Assembly: GCA_027593235.1 (NCBI GenBank) | Contig: JAQCIU010000011.1 | Span: 1-64,000 of the forward strand | Reading direction: 5' to 3' | Length of the DNA stretch: 64,000 nucleotides | Source of the DNA: Chloroflexota bacterium | GTDB lineage: Bacteria > Chloroflexota > Dehalococcoidia > UBA2979 | Part shown: in pieces, positions 20,618 through 29,051 of the stretch | How the letters are laid out: each line of letters starts with the position of its first letter | How positions within the stretch are numbered: position 1 is the stretch's first letter | Notes under the pieces: model-generated | Told to the model about the DNA's origin: nothing | Database searches by the model: none | Seen by the model: the letters and a program-made list of their open reading frames with translations, nothing else | Made by a program: the position numbers and the translations under genes

Positions 20618-21583
20618 TTAGCGCACCGAGACCGGGAGCGCGCGGAAGATGTGTTCGCCGAGGTGCTGGTCGATCACGGTGAGCCGTTGCTGGAAGCCGT
20701 CCAGGAACTCATGCAGACCCTCACTGATGAGCGAGCGTTCGTCGGTGGCAGAGAGATCCAGTTCGAGCACGGCGAGTTCGCGGGAGGCGTGGACCGATTG
20801 CTGCCGAGGGGTGCGCGCGGAGGCGGCGTTGTAGTGGCGCTGGAAGGCGCGAATACAGAACAGCAGGCTGCGCGGGAACCGTTCGTTCAGGACGAGCATG
20901 GATGCGACGCGGGGGCCGGTGATCGGGCCGCGGTAGCTGAGGCGGAACGCCTGCCAGGCGGAGGCGGAGCGCAGTACGGACATCCACTGCACGCGATCGA
21001 TGGGGCCTCCTACCTCGGTGGCATCGGGCAAGAGGGTGAAGTACTTGGCATCGATGATGCGGCTGGACATGTCCGCGCGCTCGATGAAGAGGCCGCAGCG
21101 GAACCAGTCACGTCCTTCGTCGAGCAAGACGGTGTTGTCGAAGAGACCGTAGATGCCGGCGATGGACCGTTTCACGCCGTTGTAGAAGTCGTGCATCCCG
21201 GCCGAGGAGACCGAGTCGACCTGCTGGACGGTGAGGTGCAGGCGGTTGATCTCCTCCCAGACCTCGCGGGAGATGTGCTCCCGGAGTTCGCGGGCGGTGC
21301 GTCGAGCCTGACCGACGTTGGCGCGGAGCGAGTTCGGGTTATCGGGCGAGAGGATCAGGAATCCACCGGGGGTGATCGATGGATCGGAGGCCCGCGCGTC
21401 CTCGAAGAGACTGGCGGCGCCAGTGGCGATGATGACGGCGGCCCAGGTCTGTTCGTCGCCGGCGGGCTCGATCCCAGCCTCGACGGAGCCGAGGTTGGTG
21501 ACATCGGCGAGGCGCGCGACGTTTTCTGCCCGCTCGAGGTAGCGGCCCATCCAATAGAGGTTCTCGGCGACTCGGCTGAGCAC
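20618..21583 (-). CDS. Alpha-E domain protein (DUF403)
   Basis: MLSRVAENLYWMGRYLERAEN, IERAD, FPRSL motifs. Confidence 0.92.
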   Translation of the reverse strand: MLSRVAENLYWMGRYLERAENVARLADVTNLGSVEAGIEPAGDEQTWAAVIIATGAASLFEDARASDPSITPGGFLILSPDNPNSLRANVGQARRTARELREHISREVWEEINRLHLTVQQVDSVSSAGMHDFYNGVKRSIAGIYGLFDNTVLLDEGRDWFRCGLFIERADMSSRIIDAKYFTLLPDATEVGGPIDRVQWMSVLRSASAWQAFRLSYRGPITGPRVASMLVLNERFPRSLLFCIRAFQRHYNAASARTPRQQSVHASRELAVLELDLSATDERSLISEGLHEFLDGFQQRLTVIDQHLGEHIFRALPVSVR

Positions 21584-21585
21584 GT

Positions 21586-23097
21586 TTAGTCGCCACTCTC
21601 GGCGATGGTCTCGAGCTCGTCGAGGGGGAGATCGGGGACATCGGCTTCGGCGCGGAGGATCCAGGTGTCCTTGCTGCCGCCACCCTGCGACGAGTTGACG
21701 ACGTAGGAGCCCTCGATGAGGGCGACGCGGGTGAGCCCGCCGGGGACGACCCAAGTGCTACTGCCGGTGAGGGCGAAGGGGCGGAGATCGGCACGACGCG
21801 CCCGGAGGCGGCCCTGCTGGTAGGTGGGGATGGTGCTGAACTCCTGCAGCGGCTGAGCGATCCAGTCGCGCGGATCGGCGCGCACGCTGGCCTCGAGCGT
21901 TTTCAGTTCGGCGTCGGTGGCCTGGGGTCCGATCACGATGCCGTAGCCGCCGGAGGCGCTGGCCGGCTTGACGACGAGGTCGCCGAGGTTGGCGCACATG
22001 AATTCGAGGTCGGCTTCGAGCGCACCGACATACGTGTCGATGTTCGGGAGGATGGGCTCCTCGTTCAGGTAGTAGCGGATGAAGTCCGGGACGAAGCGAT
22101 AGATCACCTTGTCATCGGCGACACCGGTGCCGAGCGCGTTGACGAGCGTGACGTTACCGGCGCGGTAGGCGTCGACGAGGCCAGCGACGCCGAGGACGGA
22201 GTCCGGGCGGAAGGCGAGCGGATCGAGGAATTCGTCGTCGACGCGGCGATAGATGACGTGGATGCGCTCGAGGCCGGTGGTTTCGCGCAGGTAGACGAGG
22301 TTGTCGTGGACGATCAGGTCGCGGCCCTCGACGAGCGGGATGCCCATTTGCTGGGCCAGGAAGGAATGTTCGAAGTAGGCGGAGTTGAAGGCGCCGGGTG
22401 AGAGGACGACGGCGCGGGCATCGTCGCGACTGATGTTGTCTGGGCGGACGTCGATCAGCATGTCGAGCAGGCGCTCCGGGTAGTCGCTGACCGGTGCGAC
22501 GGCGTGTTCAAAGAGATCTGGCACGGCGTTGAGCATGATGCGGCGATTTTCCAGGACGTAGGAGACGCCGGAGGGGGTGCGGACGTTGTCTTCCAGGACG
22601 CGGAACTGACCCTGCTGGTCGCGGATCAGGTCGCTGCCGGCGATGTGGACGTAGACGCCCAACGGCGGGGTGAATCCGACCATGCGGAGGTTGTACCCGG
22701 AGGCCTCGAAGAGAATGGGGCCCGGGATGACGCCGTCCGAAACGCAGCGTTGATCGTGGTAGATGTCGGCGAGGAAGGCGTTGAGCGCGCGGACGCGCTG
22801 CGTGAGCCCGACCTGGATGGTCTCCCATTCGGCGGCGGCGATGATCCGCGGGATCAAGGAGAACGGGAAGATGCGTTCGGTGCCCTCATCGTCGCGATAG
22901 ACGGTGAAGGTGATGCCCGAGTTGAGGAGGTCGATGTCGGCTCGCTGCTGTCGGTCTTCGATGGTCTCGCTGGACCAGTCGATGAGGCGATCTGCGAAGC
23001 GAGCGTAGGCCGGCCGAATGGTTCCGTCTGGCGCGAACATCTCGTCCGGACCCTGCAGGGTCTCGTAGTTCATCAGCAGTTCGGACGACGATGTCAC
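21586..23097 (-). CDS. Circularly permuted type 2 ATP-grasp protein
   Basis: GITFTVY, VLEDNVRTPSGVSY, NSAYFEH, YRRVDD, GGLTRVAL, VNSSQGGGSKDTW motifs. Confidence 0.95.
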   Translation of the reverse strand: MTSSSELLMNYETLQGPDEMFAPDGTIRPAYARFADRLIDWSSETIEDRQQRADIDLLNSGITFTVYRDDEGTERIFPFSLIPRIIAAAEWETIQVGLTQRVRALNAFLADIYHDQRCVSDGVIPGPILFEASGYNLRMVGFTPPLGVYVHIAGSDLIRDQQGQFRVLEDNVRTPSGVSYVLENRRIMLNAVPDLFEHAVAPVSDYPERLLDMLIDVRPDNISRDDARAVVLSPGAFNSAYFEHSFLAQQMGIPLVEGRDLIVHDNLVYLRETTGLERIHVIYRRVDDEFLDPLAFRPDSVLGVAGLVDAYRAGNVTLVNALGTGVADDKVIYRFVPDFIRYYLNEEPILPNIDTYVGALEADLEFMCANLGDLVVKPASASGGYGIVIGPQATDAELKTLEASVRADPRDWIAQPLQEFSTIPTYQQGRLRARRADLRPFALTGSSTWVVPGGLTRVALIEGSYVVNSSQGGGSKDTWILRAEADVPDLPLDELETIAESGD

Positions 23098-23187
23098 GAC
23101 CCCAGCATAGCGCAGGGTCGATTGGGCGCCGCTGCTGCCAAGCCTGATGCGTTGGTCGGGCCATCCGGCCCCGGACCGACAACAGGC

Positions 23188-23334
23188 CTAGCGGGCTTGT
23201 TCCACACGGGCACCGCTGGCACGCATCTGGAACGACATTCCGCCGGCCGCACGGAGTTGCTGGGACGCGCTCGCCTGGTCGCTGCGGGTCGGCGCCAGGA
23301 GCTTTGTCGGCTGAGCAGGTTGGCGGTGCGTCAC
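23188..23334 (-). CDS. Putative small protein (48 aa, Gln/Ala/Arg-rich)
   Basis: GGAGG RBS, then GTG 23334: MTHRQPAQPTKLLAPTRSDQASASQQLRAAGGMSFQMRASGARVEQAR. Confidence 0.4.
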   Translation of the reverse strand: MTHRQPAQPTKLLAPTRSDQASASQQLRAAGGMSFQMRASGARVEQAR

Positions 23335-23562
23335 TGCGTGTCCCTCCGTTACGGACACATCATCGCGATCACGGATGACACCCGTGTTCCGCTCAGATTT
23401 CGGATATGTAACGAGATCTCGTGCGCCGAATTGAGGGTGACTCAGGGGGTCGTGGCGGTGTCGTGTCCACCGTTGGCGAGCAGGCGCGGGCATCCCGGGG
23501 CAACAGGCGGCCGGCCGGGAATCGCCGCGGAGCCGCGGCGCGGTTGTGGCGTGGTTGCGGGG

Positions 23563-23881
23563 CTAGGAGGCGGTGTTTGGCACGGCCTCGGTGACGGATT
23601 CGAAGAGTTCGACGCGCGGGTGGTCGAGGAGGATGCCCTCCATCGATCCGCCGCCGCGGTGGCCCTTCGTGAAGGACTCGCTCGCGGTCCAGGCCTGGAA
23701 GTGCGCGCGCGACTGCCAGGTGCTGTGGCTGACGTAGTGTCCAGCATCGTCGCTGCGCAAGCAGGACGAAGTGGACGAAGCCGGGCACGTCCTCAAGGTA
23801 GCTCTCGCGCTCGCGCCAGATCTTCTCGAAGTCCTCGGCGCGATCGGGATTGACCGGGAAGTTGTTCATGGCGACAAACAT
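23563..23881 (-). pseudogene. Antibiotic biosynthesis monooxygenase (ABM, IsdG-like), frameshifted
   Basis: N-half MFVAMNNFPV...FE..W..RES...VPGF and C-half SHSTWQS..F.AWT.SESF..GH lie in different frames; one extra base near 23758. Confidence 0.8.
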
Positions 23882-24000
23882 GGGCAGCCCTCGAATTCGC
23901 GTGCGAACGTGCGACCTCGATGCTAGCGCGTGACCTCGGAACGCGCGGCGACCGGGGGGGTGGGCGCCGCGCGCTATGCGCTGGGGGTCGGCGACGGTCG

Positions 24001-24774
24001 CTACGCGCTGGCGGGGGTGTGCGCCTTCAGGAACGACCGGGCGTGGCGAACGGCGATCGGAACGTGGCTGTCTGGCTGTTTCCAGGGGAACAGGCTGATC
24101 TGGGACTGCGGCGCTAGCTCTGCGGTCTCCATCGCCATCGCAAACGGGTGCGCCGGAATGTCGTCAGGCATCACCAGCACAGGCGTGGGGCAATTGCGCA
24201 CGAATTCCCGGTCGACCGTGAAGACGAAGTCTCCTCGATTCAGGTACATCGCGGCCAGGAATGTTTCGACGTCATCCATCGAGATGTCGTCGCGCCCGGC
24301 AGAGAGCGGCGGTCCCCAGTTCTTCATGTTGTTGTCGTAGAAGATCCGCGGCGCGTCAGGATTGAAGCCGCTGGGCTGAGCCAGTACGGCGGCGACGACC
24401 CTTTCGGGCGCGCGGCGCAGCAGGTTCCAGATCAGCGGCCCGCCAACACAGAATCCCAGGACCATGAATTGGTCGATGCCGAGATGATCCATCAGGGCAA
24501 GCTGGTCATCGGTGTAGGCATCCCAGTTCCGCTCGATATCGAGCGGCCCGGTGGATTGACCGTGGGTCGAATTACGCAAATCCAGCGCGATGCACCGGTA
24601 TTCGTCCGCGAACTCGACCATCGGGTTGAAGGGTGAACTCGGGCTGCCGGTTTCGCTGCGGGTCAGTGAGCCGATCGCGGCATTCAGACCGCCGCCGGGT
24701 AGAACCATCAGCGGGAACCCGGCGCCAACTTCCTCGTACCAGGTTCGGACGGGCCCATGTTCGTGAAACGGCAT
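24001..24774 (-). CDS. Alpha/beta hydrolase with Cys at the nucleophile elbow
   Basis: LPGGG, DLRN..GQS, GFCVGG, DDIPAH motifs. Confidence 0.85.
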   Translation of the reverse strand: MPFHEHGPVRTWYEEVGAGFPLMVLPGGGLNAAIGSLTRSETGSPSSPFNPMVEFADEYRCIALDLRNSTHGQSTGPLDIERNWDAYTDDQLALMDHLGIDQFMVLGFCVGGPLIWNLLRRAPERVVAAVLAQPSGFNPDAPRIFYDNNMKNWGPPLSAGRDDISMDDVETFLAAMYLNRGDFVFTVDREFVRNCPTPVLVMPDDIPAHPFAMAMETAELAPQSQISLFPWKQPDSHVPIAVRHARSFLKAHTPASA

Positions 24775-24885
24775 CGCGATGCTCCCTTGCTGGATTCCAG
24801 CAACGAAACATAGTCGATCTACCTCTGCGTCCTGGGTCACGTCGGCCCTCGGCAGGACCGGTGTGACGAGCGGGGGAGGGCGTGC

Positions 24886-25185
24886 CTAGCTGGCAAGCTT
24901 CATGGCGCCGGCGGCGCGGGCGATCGCCTCGGGGCGGGGCCAGAGGGTGCGCAGTTCCCGGGCGAAGCGGGTCTCCGAGGCGCGATCGCCGGTGGCGCGG
25001 GCTGCCTCGAGGCCGCGGCGGAGGCCGCGCCAGAGCAAGAGGTAGTCGCGGTAGGAGGCTTCGACGTAGGCAAGCTGGTCGTCCTCGGGAACATCGAGCA
25101 CGCTGCTGTCGGCGGCCGCGGACGCCTGGAAGGCGGAGGTGTGCGCCGGATAGGCGGGGGTTTCGAAGGCGGTGAGGGTGGTCAT
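24886..25185 (-). CDS. Hypothetical protein (about 99 aa)
   Basis: AAGGAA RBS before MTTLTAF; GC3-rich codons. Confidence 0.55.
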   Translation of the reverse strand: MTTLTAFETPAYPAHTSAFQASAAADSSVLDVPEDDQLAYVEASYRDYLLLWRGLRRGLEAARATGDRASETRFARELRTLWPRPEAIARAAGAMKLAS

Positions 25186-25387
25186 GGCGGCGGTTCCTTG
25201 CGTTCCGTGGCGGGTGGTCACGGGAGCAGGGTAGGCTGCGGCGCGCTTCGGTTTCGTAACAGCAATGTGAAGGTGTTGTTACGCATGCGGGGCCGCGTGG
25301 CCGGTGCCGATTGGCTGGCCGGCGGCGCGCTCTTGCCGCTCTTTACTCTGGTTTCGTCACGGCTGAACCTGCCGAGGTGAGGGCGGA

Positions 25388-25813
25388 TCAGACTCGATTC
25401 CAGTGCTCCGACGACCTCATTTTCTGCAGCGCCCCCTGCTCGACGAAGTACCGCAGGAAGCCGCAATCCGCGCAGACGACGGGCCGCATCCTGGCGGAGG
25501 AGAGTCTTCGGGTGGACAGCTTTGGTAGCAGTTCTCCGCCGATCGTCGTGCTGTCGATGAGGTCCTTGTACTGGTACACCTCGTCTGATCGGCACTCAGG
25601 GCATGGCGACATGTTCAGCTCCTTCGCATCGAGGTCCTCGATGTCGCGGTCGAGAGCAGCAGCCAGAGCGCTGGTTGAGCGGAGCGAGGCGATCGCGGTG
25701 TTCTCGATCCGCTGAATCGTCCTGAGGTTGAGCCCGGTGACTCGGGCCAGGTCTTCCTGGGACCAACCGCGGGCTGTCCTGAGCTTCAGAACCAGTTCGG
25801 CGTCTACTCGCAT
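25388..25813 (-). CDS. XRE-family HTH regulator with C-terminal zinc ribbon
   Basis: LRTARGWSQEDLA...RTIQRIE; CPEC...CADCG. Confidence 0.85.
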   Translation of the reverse strand: MRVDAELVLKLRTARGWSQEDLARVTGLNLRTIQRIENTAIASLRSTSALAAALDRDIEDLDAKELNMSPCPECRSDEVYQYKDLIDSTTIGGELLPKLSTRRLSSARMRPVVCADCGFLRYFVEQGALQKMRSSEHWNRV

Positions 25814-26144
25814 TTCGCACTTCCGTTCTCGGGCTGAGCCCTAGGGACAGCTTCGACTGCGGGTGGCGTCGCGACCACGGTTTCCGGCCGACTTCTTGCC
25901 GTCGTTGTTGCGACATCAATACGACAGTTGGGCGCCGGAATCGCGGATTCGAGGCTTCGGGCGTGTTCGATGGGGAATTGGGTCACGGGCTCTGGGGGCG
26001 CGGGAAGTGCTCGAGCGTGAGGAGGAGCCGGACCGGCTCCTCCTCGATCGCGTGTGCTGCATCGCCATGCGGGTGGGGGCGAGGTACCCGTGTGAGGTGA
26101 TCACCGGGGACCTACCGCCCAGGGGCCAACCGAAGCGTCGCCGG

Positions 26145-26552
26145 CTACTCGTTGTTTTCGAGGAACTCGACCCAGTTGCCGTCGGGGTCTTCGACCATGG
26201 CGATGCGGACGCCGGGACGGATCTCGCGGGGTTCGACGGGGACGTTGTAGCCGGCGGTGCGGCATTCGTTGGTGATCTCGTCGAGGTTGGTGGTGCTGAT
26301 GGTCCAGTAGCGGATGCCGCTGGCGCCGGCCAGGCCGCCGGGCGGGTTGGCGGCGGCGGGGACTTCGCCGGGGCTGACGAGCTTGACCATGGTGGTGCCG
26401 CACATCAGGCGGTGCATGGTGCCGCCGTTGCCGCTGGGGGTGTCGGCGACGTGCTTGAGGCCGAGCGTGTCGCGGTAGAACTTCAGCGCGGCTTCGCTGT
26501 CGCGAACGATGATGCCGATGTCGATGGAGTCTTTGCTCACTGCGATGGCCAT
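26145..26552 (-). CDS. VOC/glyoxalase family protein
   Basis: IGIIVRD...FYRDTLGL; EDPDGNWVEF. Confidence 0.9.
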   Translation of the reverse strand: MAIAVSKDSIDIGIIVRDSEAALKFYRDTLGLKHVADTPSGNGGTMHRLMCGTTMVKLVSPGEVPAAANPPGGLAGASGIRYWTISTTNLDEITNECRTAGYNVPVEPREIRPGVRIAMVEDPDGNWVEFLENNE

Positions 26553-26726
26553 CGTGTCCCTCTGTTCTGTCTGTTCGTGCTTGGCGTTGTGCGCGGCTGT
26601 GCACGGTCGTGCGCGGTCGCTGATGGTGTGGCTGGGAGTCTAGCGGGCGGTGGTGACTCTCGTGGGCGATCGGGTACGGGTAGGGTGATGGGCGCGACTG
26701 GGAACTGCTGAGCTGGGGGTTCGAGC

Positions 26727-27143
26727 ATGGCGCGGGTCACCGAGCGCGAGATCTGGATTCGATCGACGGACATGGACAGCGACGGGATCGTGAATAACGC
26801 TCGCTACTTCGAGTTCTTCGAACAGGCACGGCTGGAGCATCTGATCGCGCTGGGCATCGTGGTGCGGCCGCGGCCGGTGGGGGCGAGCGGGCGGTCGTTC
26901 ACGATCGCGGAGACGCGCTGTCGGTACGCGGCGCCGCTGCGGCACCGCGACACGATCGTCGTCCAGGCGTGGACGGCGTCGATCGGCAATCGCTCGTTCT
27001 CGCTGAACTGTCGGATCGAGGCATTGCCGGAACGGACGCTGGTGGCCGAGGGCGATTCGGCGCTGGTGTGGCTTGATGATGACGGCCGTCCAACACCGCT
27101 GCCGGACGACGTGCGGTCCGCCCTTCAATCCTCGCTCGCATAG
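26727..27143 (+). CDS. Acyl-CoA thioesterase (hotdog fold, YbgC/FadM-like)
   Basis: DMDSDGIVNNARYFEFFEQAR; YAAPLRHRD. Confidence 0.88.
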   Translation: MARVTEREIWIRSTDMDSDGIVNNARYFEFFEQARLEHLIALGIVVRPRPVGASGRSFTIAETRCRYAAPLRHRDTIVVQAWTASIGNRSFSLNCRIEALPERTLVAEGDSALVWLDDDGRPTPLPDDVRSALQSSLA

Positions 27144-27237
27144 AACGTGCATAGGCGTGGACGGCATGGCGGACGGTACGGCGGCCGGTTTCGCCCAGCC
27201 GCCGCCGCGCACCATCCGCACGTGCGGAGGCGTCTGC

Positions 27238-28122
27238 TCAGCCTCGAGGTGTGAGCACCGCCGCGAGGATCGCGGGCCAGGCGGCGACGATCACGAGGTG
27301 GCCGATGTCGGCGATGCGTTCGAGGTGGGCGTCGGGCAGCTTCGCTGCGTAGTAGTCGCCGTGGGCGGGCGGGACGATCACGTCGTCGACGCCATAGAAG
27401 AGGTGCACCGGGACCTCGACCTCTTCGAGGGCGAAGCCGAGTGGGGCGACGTTGGTGGCGACGATGTCGGTGGCGAGACCGGCGGCCCCCGGGCGGAACG
27501 CCTCGACGAGCATCGTTTCGAGGGCGGCGCGGACGGTCGGCTGTTCCAGCAGGTGTTCGTTCGCGGGGCAGCGGGAGAGGCTGCCGACCGCGAGCATCGG
27601 GTTGTCGACGAGTTCGGCGAGCGCCGGTGTGAGCGTGTCGACGGCGGAGGCGGGGTCGGCGCGGAGCGAGTGGATCAGGCCTCGGTGCTCGTCGGGGAGC
27701 CACGGGACGTCGTCGTCGGGGGCGGGGGTGCCGACGACGGCAACGGCGCTGACGAGCGCGGGGTGGCGAGCAGCGAGCGCGAGCGCGGCGGTGCCGCCGT
27801 TCGACCAGCCGGCGACGGCGGTGCGCTCGATGCCGATCTGTCCGAGGGCGTGCGCGAGGTCGTCGGCGAAGGCGCCCCAACTCGGGGCGGTGCCCTCGGC
27901 GAGGGGTGTCGAGGCGCCATAGCCGGGGCGGTCGACGGTGAGCAGGCGGATGCCCGCGGCAGTTGTGGCCGACACGTCCGGGTCGAAGCGGCGCGATCCG
28001 GGGGCTGAGCTGAGCAGCACCACCGGTGCGCCGTTCGGGTCGCCGGCTTCGTCGAGGGCGAGCGAGCGGCCGTCGGGGAGCGTGACGAGGTGGGTCGGGT
28101 TCGAGTCGGTGTTGTTGGTCAT
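27238..28122 (-). CDS. Alpha/beta hydrolase
   Basis: DRPGYGAS, GWSNGG, GVDD, GH catalytic-triad motifs. Confidence 0.88.
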   Translation of the reverse strand: MTNNTDSNPTHLVTLPDGRSLALDEAGDPNGAPVVLLSSAPGSRRFDPDVSATTAAGIRLLTVDRPGYGASTPLAEGTAPSWGAFADDLAHALGQIGIERTAVAGWSNGGTAALALAARHPALVSAVAVVGTPAPDDDVPWLPDEHRGLIHSLRADPASAVDTLTPALAELVDNPMLAVGSLSRCPANEHLLEQPTVRAALETMLVEAFRPGAAGLATDIVATNVAPLGFALEEVEVPVHLFYGVDDVIVPPAHGDYYAAKLPDAHLERIADIGHLVIVAAWPAILAAVLTPRG

Positions 28123-28144
28123 GTGACGAGCTTGGATGGGGTAC

Positions 28145-28164
28145 GGTGACACCGTTCTGTCACC
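28145..28164. promoter_or_regulatory. Inverted repeat GGTGACA-N6-TGTCACC, likely operator of the adjacent WYL regulator
   Basis: Perfect 7-bp arms between the divergent hydrolase and HTH-WYL genes. Confidence 0.6.
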
Positions 28165-28223
28165 GTTTATGGGCGTCGGGATTTCCTCTTCCCACAACCC
28201 TCTTGGACCTCGGAGCGTTGGCG

Positions 28224-28940
28224 ATGAATCGGACGGACCGGCTGTACGCGCTGGCGGAGGAGTTGCGGTTCGCGGGTGAGCGCGGGCGCACCTCGGCGGC
28301 GCTGGCGCGGCAGTTCGAGGTGTCGACGCGGACGGTGAAGCGCGACCTGGCGGCGCTGCAGCAGGCGGGGATGCCGATCTGGAGCGAGGGCGGGCCGGGC
28401 GGTGGGTACCGGCTGCTGCCCAGCTCGACGGACCTACCGGCGGTGGCGTTCACGCCGGGCGAGGCAGTGGCGATCGCGGTCGCGCTGGGGAGTCAGCCAC
28501 ACCTGCCGTTCGCGACGGACGGGCGGGCGGCGCTGACCAAACTCCTGGAGGCGATGCATCCGGAGGGCCGTGCGGAGGCGAGCGGGCTGGCGGCGCGGGT
28601 GTGGGTAGGCGGCGACGCCGACGAACGCGGGGCCGCGGCGCGGGTGCTGGACGAATCGATGCGTGGCGGGACGGTGGCGCTGATCGATTACGTGGACGCG
28701 GAGGGTGAGCTGACCGAGCAGCGGCCGGTCGAGCCGATGGCGTTCGTCCAGGCGTTCGGGAGCTGGTACCTGCTGGCGTGGTGCCGCTGGCGGAAGGCGG
28801 GGCGGTGGTTCCGCTTCGACAGAATCAAGCGGGCGACGGCGACGCGGCAGCGGGCGAAGGAACGGACGATCCTCGATGTGTTCGGGGAGCCGCCGGAGAG
28901 CGCGGGGCCGATCTCGCGGGGGTGGCCGGGCGAGCCGTAG
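28224..28940 (+). CDS. HTH-WYL transcriptional regulator (YafY-like)
   Basis: MNRTDRL, FEVSTRTVKRDL, GPGGGY, WYLLAWC..R...RWFRFDRI. Confidence 0.92.
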   Translation: MNRTDRLYALAEELRFAGERGRTSAALARQFEVSTRTVKRDLAALQQAGMPIWSEGGPGGGYRLLPSSTDLPAVAFTPGEAVAIAVALGSQPHLPFATDGRAALTKLLEAMHPEGRAEASGLAARVWVGGDADERGAAARVLDESMRGGTVALIDYVDAEGELTEQRPVEPMAFVQAFGSWYLLAWCRWRKAGRWFRFDRIKRATATRQRAKERTILDVFGEPPESAGPISRGWPGEP

Positions 28941-29051
28941 CTCCGAAGCGCGGAACTAGCCGGTCCAGCGGCTGAGGCCGTGTCGGACCCTTGCTCGCCC
29001 GGGTCGGTGGTCGACCGGAGGCCGCTCGGCGAGCGCCGGGCGGCCTGTGCG

